The notes beneath the pieces were generated by a model. That model was not told the DNA's origin and ran no database searches. It saw only the letters and a program-made list of their open reading frames with translations. Positions 18,958-29,265 of a stretch of 64,000 nt of DNA are shown one piece after another (the first letter of the stretch is position 1; the number at the start of each line of letters is the position of its first letter). The DNA lies in contig CAVZYA010000002.1 of NCBI GenBank assembly GCA_963779415.1, forward strand, positions 1,472,001-1,536,000, read 5' to 3'. The position numbers and the translations under genes were made by a program. This DNA is from an uncultured Acidobacteriota bacterium (GTDB lineage: Bacteria > Acidobacteriota > Thermoanaerobaculia > UBA5066).

Positions 18958-19740
18958 ATGGCGAAGACCAATCCCTCCGCCGTGTCGTCGCTTCTCAGAG
19001 AAATCCGGTCGGCGCTCGAAGCAAAGGCCGATGAGAAGTTTCGTCTGGCCGAATCCGCCCGGCGCAAGAGCCCGCTGAAGTCGCTCGGGGTCCGGACGTC
19101 GGCCGTTCGCGGCGTCGCCCGCGAGATCGGGTTGAAGGGGCGCGGCGAGCTGAACTACGACGCCGCGGTGGCCCTCCTCGATGCCGCCGTCTCGCGGAAG
19201 ACGCGCGAGGAGATCCTCGTCGCGATCGACCTTCTCGAGCGGTTCCGGCGCGAATTCGACGGATCCATCTTCCCGCATCTCGAGAAGTGGAGCATCGCCG
19301 CCGACGACATCGAAGTGGCCGAGGCTCTGGGGATACAGGTGGCCGCTCCGGCCCTGGCACGCGAGCCCTCCCGGATGACACTCGTGAAGAAGTGGGCGCG
19401 CCTCAAAAGCCTCGGCAGGAGGCGGCTCGCCATCCTCGCGGCGTCCGGCCTCGTCACGGACGGCCGGCGCGAGGCCGGGCTCGTTCTCGAAATGTGCGAG
19501 CACCTTCTCGGGGAGGAGAATCCTCTTCTCGTCTCGGCGGTGGCGGGTCTTCTCCGCGACACGACGAAGGTCGATGCGAAGGCGGTGCAGGACTTCCTCT
19601 TCCGCCGCTCGATCGACGGGAACCCGGAGATCCTGAGGGCAGGTTCGGAGAACCTCGACGCGGCGCGGCGTGCCGCGCTGATCGCGAAGCTCGAGGCGCA
19701 GGCGGGCGTCTCGACGCAGCTCGCGGGCGCCGAGCGCTGA
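18958..19740 (+). CDS. DNA alkylation repair protein (AlkD-like HEAT repeats)
   Basis: SLGVRTSAVRGVAREI, REEILVAIDLL, KKWARLKSLGRRRLAI, LVSAVAGLLRD pattern of the AlkD/HEAT-like family. Confidence 0.65.
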   Translation: MAKTNPSAVSSLLREIRSALEAKADEKFRLAESARRKSPLKSLGVRTSAVRGVAREIGLKGRGELNYDAAVALLDAAVSRKTREEILVAIDLLERFRREFDGSIFPHLEKWSIAADDIEVAEALGIQVAAPALAREPSRMTLVKKWARLKSLGRRRLAILAASGLVTDGRREAGLVLEMCEHLLGEENPLLVSAVAGLLRDTTKVDAKAVQDFLFRRSIDGNPEILRAGSENLDAARRAALIAKLEAQAGVSTQLAGAER

Positions 19741-19771
19741 GGCGCCCCGGGGAGCCGTTCCCCTTCGGGGA

Positions 19772-20311
19772 TCAGTCGGGCTTGGTCCGCTCGAACCGGT
19801 CGATCAGCCAGAGCTGGACCGCTTCCTTCCCTTTCTTCGCGACGGCGTCCATCTCCCCTTTCTTCAGCGTCTCCGTGACGTTTCCCTTCGGGTCGAAGAT
19901 CACGACGCCGGGGAAAGGTGCCTTCGGATCGATGCCATAGCGCGCCGGGATCTCGGCGTTCGCGGAGCCGGGCTCGACGTCGATGAAGACGGGAACGAGC
20001 TGCTTGAGGAGCTCGATGTAGAAGCGCCGCTCGAAGATGGCGCTCGCCACCGTTCGGCAGGAGTCGCAGCCGTTGTTTCCGAAGAAGACGATACAGCGGC
20101 GGTTCGACCGCTGGCAGACGTCTCCGTAGTGCTGAAGCGTCAGCTCGCCGTCGGCTTCCACGTCGAAGATCGGGGGAAGCTCCGCCCTGGGAGTCGACGC
20201 GGGAGCGGCCGCGCTCTTCTGGTCCGGCCTTTCGGGCGTCGGGGAAGGGGGCACCGCCGCAGCGGACGCAGCGACCAGAAGGACGAGCGCTGAGGAGGAG
20301 AGTCGGATCAT
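19772..20311 (-). CDS. Exported thioredoxin-fold protein
   Basis: Signal peptide MIRLSSSALVLLVAASAAA; CxxC motif FFGNNGCDSC; cis-Pro loop-like FPGVVIFDPKG. Confidence 0.75.
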   Translation of the reverse strand: MIRLSSSALVLLVAASAAAVPPSPTPERPDQKSAAAPASTPRAELPPIFDVEADGELTLQHYGDVCQRSNRRCIVFFGNNGCDSCRTVASAIFERRFYIELLKQLVPVFIDVEPGSANAEIPARYGIDPKAPFPGVVIFDPKGNVTETLKKGEMDAVAKKGKEAVQLWLIDRFERTKPD

Positions 20312-20355
20312 CTTGAAACCTCGAAAGTGGACGCGTGGCCGGAATCTCCGGGGGC

Positions 20356-20682
20356 TCAGTTGGGCGGGATCCCCTCGCCGCGATCGTCGCGGGGCTGGTC
20401 GAACTCGGTCCGGATCAACCCGAAGTTCTTTTCGTAGAGGGCGACGTTCTGCGCGAGGGCCGAGAGGAGCTGCTTGGCGTGGACGGGGGTGAGGAGGACC
20501 CGGGAATGGACCCGGACGTCGCTCTTTCCGGGGACGACGCGTCCGAAGTCGATGATGAACTCGGCGGGATTGTGGATGATGTTCGCGAAATTCACGTAGA
20601 CGCCGTTCGCGACGGCGTCGTCGATGGAGAACTGCAGCGTTTGAGGAGCGGGAGCGTCGGTCTTGGGGGGATGATCGGACAC
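20356..20682 (-). CDS. DUF3467 domain protein
   Basis: ANGVYVNFANIIHNPAEFIIDF..SRVLLTPVHAKQLLSALAQNVALYEKNFG. Confidence 0.85.
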   Translation of the reverse strand: MSDHPPKTDAPAPQTLQFSIDDAVANGVYVNFANIIHNPAEFIIDFGRVVPGKSDVRVHSRVLLTPVHAKQLLSALAQNVALYEKNFGLIRTEFDQPRDDRGEGIPPN

Positions 20683-20744
20683 GAAAACACCTCTTCGCCG
20701 CCTGGAACGGCGTCGCACGAAAGCGGCGCCAGTATAGTAGAGGG

Positions 20745-21632
20745 ATGAGGCCGCACCGCCGGTTTGTCGCCTTCACCGCTCTTTGCGCCGTTCTCTCCGC
20801 GCCTTCACGCGCCGCCGACCTCTCGGCGGCCGACGCCGTGGCCGAGGCGGACCGCCTCTGGGCCGCTCGCGCTGAAGGAGCCACGAGCGGCGAGGTTCCG
20901 CCGGCACGGATCGACCCGGTCATCGCGCTCTGCCGGAAAGCGATCGAACTCGATCCGGAATCTCTCGAGGGACGCTGGCGGCTGATGCGGGCCTTCTACT
21001 TCAAGGGCGAGTACACGACCCGCGTCCCGGAGGAGCAAAAGCGGATCTTCGAAGAGGGGAAGAAGGCCGGCGAGGAGGCCCTTGCCGTCATCCGCAGGAA
21101 AGTCTCCGCGGCGACGGGGCGCCCGGCCGACAAGGAAGGCCCCGTCGCGCTCGCCCCCGCGGCGAAGGCGATTCCGGGCGCGGCGGCCACATTTCTCTGG
21201 ACCGGGATCGACTGGGGGAAATGGGCGCTCGTATTCGGGAAGACCGCCGCAGCGCGGCAGGGGGCGGCCGCGAAGATCCGGGACGACGCCGAGGCCGCGA
21301 TCCTCATCGACCCCGACTTCGAGGAGGGGGCCGGCTATCGTCTCCTCGGGCGCGTCCATCACCAGACGCCGAGCATTCCGTTCATCACCGGGTGGGCCTC
21401 ACGTTCCCAGGCCATCAGGAACCTCGGGATCGCGATCGAGAAAGGCCCGAAGAATTTCTACAACCGGCTCTACTGGGCCGAGGTGCTCCACGACTACGAG
21501 CCGTCCCGCCGGGAGGAGGCGAAAAAGGCTCTCGAGTCGCTGGTTGCCGACACGCCCTCTCCGGCCTTTCTCGTGGAAGATCTGCGGGTCCAGGAGGAGG
21601 CGCGGGAGGACCTCAAGGCGTGGGCGCGCTGA
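20745..21632 (+). CDS. Exported TPR-like helical protein (TatT/BstC-like)
   Basis: Signal peptide; helical repeats KAIELDPES.., ILIDPDFEEGAGYRLLGRVHHQTP. Confidence 0.6.
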   Translation: MRPHRRFVAFTALCAVLSAPSRAADLSAADAVAEADRLWAARAEGATSGEVPPARIDPVIALCRKAIELDPESLEGRWRLMRAFYFKGEYTTRVPEEQKRIFEEGKKAGEEALAVIRRKVSAATGRPADKEGPVALAPAAKAIPGAAATFLWTGIDWGKWALVFGKTAAARQGAAAKIRDDAEAAILIDPDFEEGAGYRLLGRVHHQTPSIPFITGWASRSQAIRNLGIAIEKGPKNFYNRLYWAEVLHDYEPSRREEAKKALESLVADTPSPAFLVEDLRVQEEAREDLKAWAR

Positions 21633-21663
21633 GGACGCCCGGAGCCGCGTCTAGAATCGTTCC

Positions 21664-22599
21664 GTGAAGACGACGGGAGAACGGGCGCCGCGGAGCCGGA
21701 TGGCGGAGAGGCTTCGCCGCGCCATGGACCGGATCGTCGAGACCGCGGAGAGCCGGTCGGGACTCTCGGCCGTGGACGCCCCCCCCCGGCCGCAGAGAAG
21801 GGAGATCGTCGAGATCCTCCGGATGCTGCAGGAGGTCGTCTTCCCGGGGTATTTCGGCGAGTCGGTCCTCTACCGCGCGAACCTCCGCGACCATCTCGGG
21901 GACACGCTCTTCAGGATCCACATGCGGCTCTCCTCCGAGATCGAGAAGGCCCGGGCACACCTCTCCGACGCGGGAGTCCCGGCCGACGCGGCGCGGGAGA
22001 TCACGACCCAGCTCTTCGAGCGCCTTCCGGAGGTCGCGGACCGCGTCGCCGAGGACGTGGAAGCCGCCTATGACGGCGATCCGGCGGCGACCGGCTGCGA
22101 GGAGGTGATCCTCGCCTACCCGGGCTTCCGGGCGATCTTCACGTACCGGATCGCGCACGAGCTCCATCTCCTCGGCGTGCCGCTCATTCCGCGCATGATG
22201 ACGGAGTTCGCGCATCAGGAGACGGGAGTCGACATTCACCCCGGCGCCCGGATCGGGCGGAGCTTCTTCATCGACCACGGGACCGGGGTCGTCATCGGCG
22301 AGACGACCCGGATCGGGGACCACGTGAAGCTCTATCAGGGCGTCACGCTTGGGGCGCTCTCGTTCCCGAAGGACGAGCGGGGTCGGCTCATCCGCGGGAC
22401 GAAGCGGCACCCGACGGTGGAGGACGGCGTCGTCGTCTACGCGGGCGCCACGATCCTGGGCGGCGAGACCGTCATCGGGAGCGGGAGCGTGATCGGCGGC
22501 AGCGTCTGGCTGACGACGTCCGTTCCGCCCGGGACGCGGGTCACCCTCGAGGGGTCCCGGCCGAAGTTCGAGACGCGGAAGCCCCCGGCGCGGCCCTGA
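21664..22599 (+). CDS. cysE: Serine O-acetyltransferase
   Basis: AAYDGDPAA, YPGFRAIFTYRIAH, TGVDIHPGARIG, FFIDHGTGVVIGET, KRHPT. Confidence 0.93.
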   Translation: MKTTGERAPRSRMAERLRRAMDRIVETAESRSGLSAVDAPPRPQRREIVEILRMLQEVVFPGYFGESVLYRANLRDHLGDTLFRIHMRLSSEIEKARAHLSDAGVPADAAREITTQLFERLPEVADRVAEDVEAAYDGDPAATGCEEVILAYPGFRAIFTYRIAHELHLLGVPLIPRMMTEFAHQETGVDIHPGARIGRSFFIDHGTGVVIGETTRIGDHVKLYQGVTLGALSFPKDERGRLIRGTKRHPTVEDGVVVYAGATILGGETVIGSGSVIGGSVWLTTSVPPGTRVTLEGSRPKFETRKPPARP

Positions 22600-23093
22600 A
22601 GCGACGAACCGACTCACCCGAGACGACGCGCGCCTCGCAAAGGAGCCGTGCCACGCTCTTCCGGAGACCTGGGACGACGCGCCGCGGCGCGAGGTCCGAG
22701 AGCGGCGCGAGGACGAAGAGGCGCGTCGCGAGGCGCGGATGGGGGAGAACGAGATCCTTTTCCCGGCGGAGGCTGTCGCCGTAGAGAAGGAGGTCGAGGT
22801 CGAGCGCGCGGGGCCCGTTCGGGACGCCGGGCCTCCGGCCGGCGGCCCGCTCGAGGCTTTGCATCCGCGCGAGGAGAGCGCGGGGCGCGAGGCGTGTCCG
22901 TCCCGCGAGAACGGCGTTGACGAAATCGGGCTGCGGAGGGCCGCCGACGGGGCTCGTCCGATAGAGGGGCGAAAGCCGCGGCCTCTCGATCCAGCGCGCC
23001 AGGGCGCGCGCGGCACGCCGCACGGCGAGGGCGGGGGCGCCCACGTTGGCGCCGAGGCCGATAGCGACGAAGACGGGACGCGCGGGAGGCGCG
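22541..23093 (-). CDS. folK: 2-amino-4-hydroxy-6-hydroxymethyldihydropteridine diphosphokinase (start uncertain)
   Basis: IGLGANVG, SPLYRTSPVG, QPDFVNAV, GPRALDLDLLLY, LPHPRL..RLFVLAPL; no canonical in-frame start codon downstream of the upstream gene. Confidence 0.88.
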
Positions 23094-23420
23094 TCAGTAC
23101 TCTTCTTCGTCGCTTTCGGCGGCCTCGAGCGGTCCGGCCGTGTCGAGGGGGAGCTCCTCCTCGTCGTCGAGCCGCTTGACGGCCTCCTCGGGCTCGGCTC
23201 CCGCGTCCTCCTCTTCGCGCGGCCGCTCGAAGAGATCGGGATCGGCGAACTCGTCACGTCGCGCGCGGCGGGCCGCCGCGAGCATGACGGGCGACGTCGG
23301 CTGCGGGGGAGCGTCCTTCTGGTCGGCGTGGCATTTCGGGCAGAGGACCGGAGTCTTCTTCAGGTCGTAGAACTTCGCTCCGCACTTGTAGCAGTCGTGT
23401 TTCTGTCCGAGCTCCGCCAT
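23094..23420 (-). CDS. FYDLN-acid domain protein (TIGR02300-like Zn-ribbon plus acidic tail)
   Basis: MAELGQKHDCYKCGAKFYDLKKTPVLCPKC followed by an acidic tail. Confidence 0.88.
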   Translation of the reverse strand: MAELGQKHDCYKCGAKFYDLKKTPVLCPKCHADQKDAPPQPTSPVMLAAARRARRDEFADPDLFERPREEEDAGAEPEEAVKRLDDEEELPLDTAGPLEAAESDEEEY

Positions 23421-23502
23421 CAATTCCTCAAAGGCGGGCGGAACATAGCACCCGGGTTTGAGAGGGTCAACGCGGATCGGGCCCTTAAACTCCCGCTCTG
23501 CG

Positions 23503-24669
23503 ATGTCGGCCCTCCTCGCCTTCGAACGGCTCGTCCGGGACCGGGAGACCGCGGCCCGTCGCGGCCGGCTGACGCTCGGGCACGGAACCGTCGAGACCCC
23601 GGCCTTCATGCCGGTCGGGACGGCCGGGAGCGTCAAGGCGGTCGCGTGGGAGGACGTGGAGCGCGCCGGCGCCCAGATCGTCCTCGCCAACACCTACCAC
23701 CTGATGCTCCGGCCCGGCGGCGACGTCATCCGGCGGCTCGGGGGTCTCCACCGCTTCACGGGGTGGACGAAGCCGATCCTGACCGACTCCGGCGGCTTCC
23801 AGGTGATGTCTCTCGCCGGCAAGCGGAAGATCCGCGAGGACGGGGTGACCTTCCGAAGCCATCTCGACGGAAGCGAGCACCGGCTCACGCCCGAGCGAGC
23901 GATGGATCTTCAGCTCGGCGACTTCGGCGTGGACGTGGCGATGGTCCTCGACGAGTGCACGCCTTACCCCGCGACCCGGGAAGCGGCGCGCGCTTCGATG
24001 GAGCGGACGCACCGCTGGGCGGTTCGCTCGCTCGAGCGGCGCGAGGAGATCCGCGGCCGCGGGGAGGGCTCCGCCCGGACCCCGCTCCTTTTCGGAATCG
24101 TGCAGGGAGGGATGTACGAGGCCCTTCGCGCGGAGAGCGCGGCGACGCTCGCCGCCCTTCCGTTCGACGGGATCGCCTCGGGCGGGCTCTCGGTGGGGGA
24201 GCCGAAGGACCAGATGCGGGCGATGGTCGCGACGACCGGGCCACGCCTCCCCGAGGAGCGGCCCCGCTACCTGATGGGGGTCGGCCGGCCGGACGACCTG
24301 ATCCACGCCGTGGCTCACGGATTCGACCTCTTCGACTGCGTCCTCCCGACGCGAGCGGCGCGGCACGGCCTCCTCTACACCTCCGAAGGGACGCTCGTCA
24401 TCAAGCACGCCCGCTACCGGGAGGACCCGGCGCCGCCCGACCCGGCCTGCGGCTGCGCGACCTGCCGGCATCACTCGCGGGCCTACCTTCGACACCTCTT
24501 CCTCTCGGGGGAGCCGTCGGCGGCGCTTCATCTGACGGTCCACAACCTGACCTCGATCCTTGACTTGATGCGTCGAATCCGTGAGGCTCTCGCGAACGGC
24601 GAGTTCGCGACGTGGTCCGCAGCGGCGGCCGCGCGCCTCTCGTACGACGACCGAAAGGACGCGACATGA
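23503..24669 (+). CDS. tgt: tRNA guanosine(34) transglycosylase
   Basis: ETPAFMPVGT, LANTYHL, TDSGGFQV, FGIVQGG, RYLMGVG, FDCVLPTR, Zn site CGCATC..H. Confidence 0.96.
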   Translation: MSALLAFERLVRDRETAARRGRLTLGHGTVETPAFMPVGTAGSVKAVAWEDVERAGAQIVLANTYHLMLRPGGDVIRRLGGLHRFTGWTKPILTDSGGFQVMSLAGKRKIREDGVTFRSHLDGSEHRLTPERAMDLQLGDFGVDVAMVLDECTPYPATREAARASMERTHRWAVRSLERREEIRGRGEGSARTPLLFGIVQGGMYEALRAESAATLAALPFDGIASGGLSVGEPKDQMRAMVATTGPRLPEERPRYLMGVGRPDDLIHAVAHGFDLFDCVLPTRAARHGLLYTSEGTLVIKHARYREDPAPPDPACGCATCRHHSRAYLRHLFLSGEPSAALHLTVHNLTSILDLMRRIREALANGEFATWSAAAAARLSYDDRKDAT

Positions 24670-25001
24670 CGCTCGCCCTTCTCCAGCAGGCGGCCCCCGG
24701 GCCGGGCGGCCTCGGCCAGACGCTGACGGGCTTTCTCCCGATCCTCTTCGTCTTCGCCATCTTCTATTTCATCCTCCTCGCCCCGATGCGCAAGCAGCAG
24801 AAGAAGACGAAAGCGATGCTCGCGGCGCTGAAGAAAGGGGACCGGGTCCTGACGACGGGCGGCATCTGCGGCACCGTCGCGCAGATCGAGGATGCCTGGG
24901 TCTGGGTGAAGATCGCCGACACCGTCAAGGTCAAGATGGCCCGGAGCGCCATCACCAGCCTGGTCGAGGACGGCGAAGCGCCGAAAGAGTCGGCCGCCTG
25001 A
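24666..25001 (+). CDS. yajC: Preprotein translocase subunit YajC
   Basis: IFYFILLAPMRKQQKK..LKKGDRVLTTGGI.G; follows tgt. Confidence 0.93.
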   Translation: MTLALLQQAAPGPGGLGQTLTGFLPILFVFAIFYFILLAPMRKQQKKTKAMLAALKKGDRVLTTGGICGTVAQIEDAWVWVKIADTVKVKMARSAITSLVEDGEAPKESAA

Positions 25002-25033
25002 AGAGCCGGACAGGCGGCGGACGGAGCGCGATC

Positions 25034-26248
25034 GTGCCTTCGGGAGCGCCCCTCGTTCTCCTCCAGACCTCCGACTGGCACGTCGGCTCGCCCCTGACCA
25101 GCGGCGCCCTCGCGTGGCCCGCGGACCTCCGGTCGCGGCGGCGCGAGGAGGTGGACGGCGCGGCCGAGCGCGCGGTCCGGGCGGCCCGTGCGGCCGGCGC
25201 GGACCTCCTCGTCGTTCCGGGCGATCTCTGGGATGCCGAGAGCGTTCCTCCGTCGTCCGTTCACCGGATCCTCGAGGCGCTGGCCTCCTTCGCGCCGCGG
25301 CCCGTCTTCATCGCGCCGGGGAACCACGATTTCGCCGGCCCCGGAGGCTTCTACGACCCGGCCGTCCTTTCGGCGCTCGACATGCGGCCGTGGCCGGAAA
25401 ACGTCATTGTCTTCCGCGACGGGGATTGGACGGCCGTTCCCGTTCCGGGACGGGAGGACGCGGTCGTCGTGGGCCGCGCGTTCCTCTCGCCGGCCGCCGT
25501 GGACGAGCGCCCGCTCGCGGCGCCTCCCCCGCGACCGGAAAGGGCTCACTCGCTGCTACTTCTCCACGGCTCGCTCGAGAGCTACCCGGGGGCGGACGCG
25601 CCCCGCGGCGGGAAGAGGACCGCGCCCTTCACCCGCGACGAGCTTCTCGCGGCGGGATTCTCGTGGGCGGCGCTCGGCCACCATCACCATCTCCACCTCG
25701 TGACGGACGGAGGCGGCGTGCCGCGCGGCGGCTATTCCGGCTCTCCCGCGGGGCGCGGGATCGACGAGACGGGTCCGCGCGTCTTCCTGAAGGTGACCCT
25801 CGTTCCGGAAAGAGCCCCGGCCGTCGAGGCGATCCCCTCCGACGACCGGACGCTCTTCGACCTCGGGGTGGACGTCGACGGTCTCGAGTCGGAGGCGATC
25901 CTCGAGAAGGTGGAGGCGGCTCTTTCGGAGGCGGGGGCCGGGCCGCCCGACGTCGTCCGGATCACGCTCACCGGGGTACAGCCGCACGGCGCGCGTCCGG
26001 TGTCGGCGCTCGCGCCCCTCGCGGGGCGTCACGCGCATCTCGTCCTTCGTGACGCGACGGCGCCTTCGCCTCCGGAGGATCCGGGGACGCGGGCGACGGC
26101 CGAGGGACGGTTCTACGCCGATCTGGCGGCGCGGCGGTCCGCGGCCCCGGACGATGCCTCGAGGCGGGTCGTCGATCTCGCCCTCCGCCTTGGGCGCGAT
26201 GCGCTCGCCGGCCGGTCGGTCCGGCCGCCGGAGCCGGAGCGCGGATGA
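25034..26248 (+). CDS. Mre11/SbcD-like metallophosphoesterase DNA exonuclease (YhaO-like)
   Basis: Motifs TSDWH, PGDLWD, PGNHD, LLHGS, ALGHHH, YSGSP.GRGIDETG; stop overlaps the ATPase start. Confidence 0.87.
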   Translation: MPSGAPLVLLQTSDWHVGSPLTSGALAWPADLRSRRREEVDGAAERAVRAARAAGADLLVVPGDLWDAESVPPSSVHRILEALASFAPRPVFIAPGNHDFAGPGGFYDPAVLSALDMRPWPENVIVFRDGDWTAVPVPGREDAVVVGRAFLSPAAVDERPLAAPPPRPERAHSLLLLHGSLESYPGADAPRGGKRTAPFTRDELLAAGFSWAALGHHHHLHLVTDGGGVPRGGYSGSPAGRGIDETGPRVFLKVTLVPERAPAVEAIPSDDRTLFDLGVDVDGLESEAILEKVEAALSEAGAGPPDVVRITLTGVQPHGARPVSALAPLAGRHAHLVLRDATAPSPPEDPGTRATAEGRFYADLAARRSAAPDDASRRVVDLALRLGRDALAGRSVRPPEPERG

Positions 26249-29120
26249 GGATCGAGCGGATCCGGATCGCGGGATTCGGCCCCCTCGCCGGTGTCGATCT
26301 CGACTGGCCCGAAGGGCAGCTCCTTCTCGTCCTCGACGGGAACGAGCGCGGGAAGACGACGCTCTGCGAGGCGATCGTCGCCGCCCTCTATGGGCTGCCG
26401 CGCCGCCGGGGGGGAGTGAAGAGCCTTCGCGACCTTCGTCGCCCGCACGGCGGAGCGCCCCTTCGCGTCGGACTCGATCTCTCGGCCGTCGATCGCCGCT
26501 GGTCCATCGACCGCGATCTCGAGAAGGGGACCCTCCGTGTCGTCGACCGCGACCGGGGGGTCGAGGCGACGCGGGAGTTTCTCCGTTCGCAGGGGCGGGA
26601 CGTCTTTGGCGAGAGCGTGACGGGAGGGCTCTCCGAGCCGCTTTTCCGGGCCACGGCCTACGTCGCCCAGAACGTCCTCGACCGCGACCGTCTCGACTCC
26701 TCCCTCACCGTCGAGCTGGCGCGGATCGCCGACACGGGAGGGGGCGAGGCCTCGGTCGTTCGCGCGCTCGCGCTTCTCGAGGCCGTGCGGAGGGAGATGC
26801 CGGACGCGCGGACGGGCGCGACGGTCTCGATCGAGACCGAGATCGCGCGCCTCGGGAAGAAGGGGGAGATCCTTCAGGCGGAGCGGGCGCGGCTCGCCTC
26901 GCTTCGTCATTCGGCGGCCGAAGCCTCGGCGCGGCTCCAGGCGGCGACGCGCCGGCGGGACGCGGCCCGCGCACGGGCCGAGGTCGCCGCGCTCGCCGTC
27001 GTCGAGGCCGAGCGCCGGTCGCTCTCCCGGAGGCTCGCCGCGCGGAAGGCGGCGCGCGAGGCGCTCGCGGCCGCGGAGGCCGAGACGTCGGCACTGGCGC
27101 CGGATGCCGAGACCCTTCCGGCGGCGCGCCTTTCGGCGATCGACCGGTTGCGCGCCGAGCGCGGGGCCCGTCCCGAGGCGCTTCGCGTCCGCGCGCGAGG
27201 CGCTCGCCGCGGACGAAGCGCGGCTCTCGGAGCGGCGCGCCGTGAACGAGCGGCGGCTCTCGCCCGCCCTCTTTCTCTCTCCCGAGGATCGCGAGACGGC
27301 GCGGCGGCTCCTCGAATCGGCGCCCCGCGCCGCGGAAGAGCTCGCGGCGACGGAGTCCGACGTGGAGGGCGAGTGGCAGGAGCTCCGGCGCTCCGGCGTC
27401 GCCGACGAGCTGCGACGGCTCGAGGCTCTCTCGCCCGAGGACCGTCGGTTCGTGGCCGGAGCCGACGAGGAACGTTCGTCTTTCGAGCTCGAAGGGGTCC
27501 GGCTCGACCGGAAGGTGGCCGAGGGGAAGACCGAGATCTCGATTCTCCTCGCCGAGCGGCGTGAGCGCGTCCGGCAGGCCCGATGGCTCTCCGGAGGCGC
27601 GGCCGTCTTCATCCCGGTGGCGGCCCTCCTCGCGCTCTCGTCCGCGCCGACGGCCCTCGCGATCGCCGCGTCCGCCGCGGCCGTCATTCTCGGCGTCGCC
27701 GCCGCGTTCGCCTGGATCTCCGGCCAGCAGCATCGGCGCGACGACGAGGAACGGCTCCAGGCCGTCGACGAGTCGAACCGGCAGGCGGCCGCGGACGCAC
27801 GTCACCGGCTCTCCGAGCTGAGACAGCGCCTCGACCAGGTGGCCCGCCTCGCGGGACTCGGGGACGGCGTGGCGCTCGTGAAGGTCCTCCGCCGGGTCCG
27901 GTCGGTGGAGGATTCCAGGAGGCGGCTCCTCGAGAAGAAGGCTAGGCAGGGCGCCGCGGCCGAACGCTGCGCCCGGATCGACCTCGAGCTCGCGTCGCTG
28001 GCCGGCCCGCTGGGGCTCCCTCCGGGCTTCCCGGGAGCCGAAGCGACCTCCCGGGCGCTCGCCCTTCTCCGGGAAGTCGAGGAGGCGCTCGCGGAGGAGC
28101 GGACGTCGGCCGAGCGGACGGCTCGCGAAGGGGAGCGGCTCGCGGCCGAGAGCGACGAGATCGCACGGATCGAGGCGCGCCTTCGGGAGGAGCTTCATGC
28201 GGCAGGCATTCCTCCGGACCTCTCCCTTCCGGAGGCCCTTGCCGCGGTCGAGGTCTCCCGTCGCCGGCTTGCCCGCCGGGCCCGGCTTCTCGAGGTGGAG
28301 ATTCCGGCCCGGCGCGAAGCGGTGGACGAGGCGGAGATCTCGCGCCTCGAGGAACGCCTCGCCGCGCTCGAGGCCGAGCTTTCGGAGCGGAGAGGGACGG
28401 AGTCCCCGGCGGGAGCGGACGTCGAGCCGGAAGAGGCCCGGCGGGAAGCCGAAGAGGCTCGCGAGGCCCTCGAATCCGAGGAGTCCGCACTCCTCGACGG
28501 CCGAGCGCGAGCTCGCCGCCGCGGCGCGCGAAGGGGGCGAACGGGCCCGGGAGACCGAGGAGGGGCTCGCCGAGACGGAGGCGCTTCTCGACCGGGCGGT
28601 CCTCTTCCGCGACGCGGTAGACCTTGCCTTCGGCGCGCTGACCTCCTCGGCGGCTGCCGTGTACGGCGACTTTCGTCGCGGTCTCGCCGAGGCCTCGCGG
28701 GCGATCCTCGAATCGTGGCGCGTTCCCTGGGCGGCCCTCGAGTTCGGCGACGACCTCTCCGTTTCGGCCGTGGCGGCGGACGGGCGCACCTTCACGCAGG
28801 CGGAGATCGACGGGGCATTCTCCACGGGCGCCCGCGAGCAGCTCCATCTCACGGCTCGGCTCGCCGTCCTCCGCTACCTCGGCGCCGGCGGAACCGGAGT
28901 GCCGCTCCTCCTCGACGATCCCCTCACGGGGACGGACGACGAGCGCTTCGCCGCGGTGATGGAGTTCCTGATCTCGCGCGTCCTTCCCGAGCGGCCGGTC
29001 CTCCTCGTCTCCTGCCACCTCTGGCGACACGAGAGGCTCCGTGCGGCGCTTCCGCCGTCGTCGGCCGGGCGGCTCGCCGTCGTCCGGCTCCCCGGGCCGG
29101 TGGAGCGGGCGGCCGTTTGA
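26245..29120 (+). CDS. Rad50/SbcC-like coiled-coil ATPase (YhaN-like) with internal transmembrane hairpin; +1 frameshifts near 27181 and 28497
   Basis: MRIERIRIAGFG, Walker A DGNERGKTT, long coiled coil, signature FSTGAREQLHLTARLA, Walker B PLLLDDPL, H-loop VSCH; spread over ORFs 26245, 27104 and 28197. Confidence 0.85.
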
Positions 29121-29265
29121 TGCCGCGGCGGTTGCCGCCCGGAAGGTGTTCCCGTAGACTCCCGCGGTTCGCCCGGGGAGACCCGGCCTTATCCTCGCGG
29201 CCCGGAGACGGGGCGGTACCGAAGCCGCCGCGGTCCCTTCGGGCCCGAACCCGGAGGTTCCGTCC

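Noticed and set aside
29121-29265. Structured RNA or riboswitch upstream of secD
   Set aside because: GC-rich with short possible stems but no recognisable family motif; cannot be supported by eye
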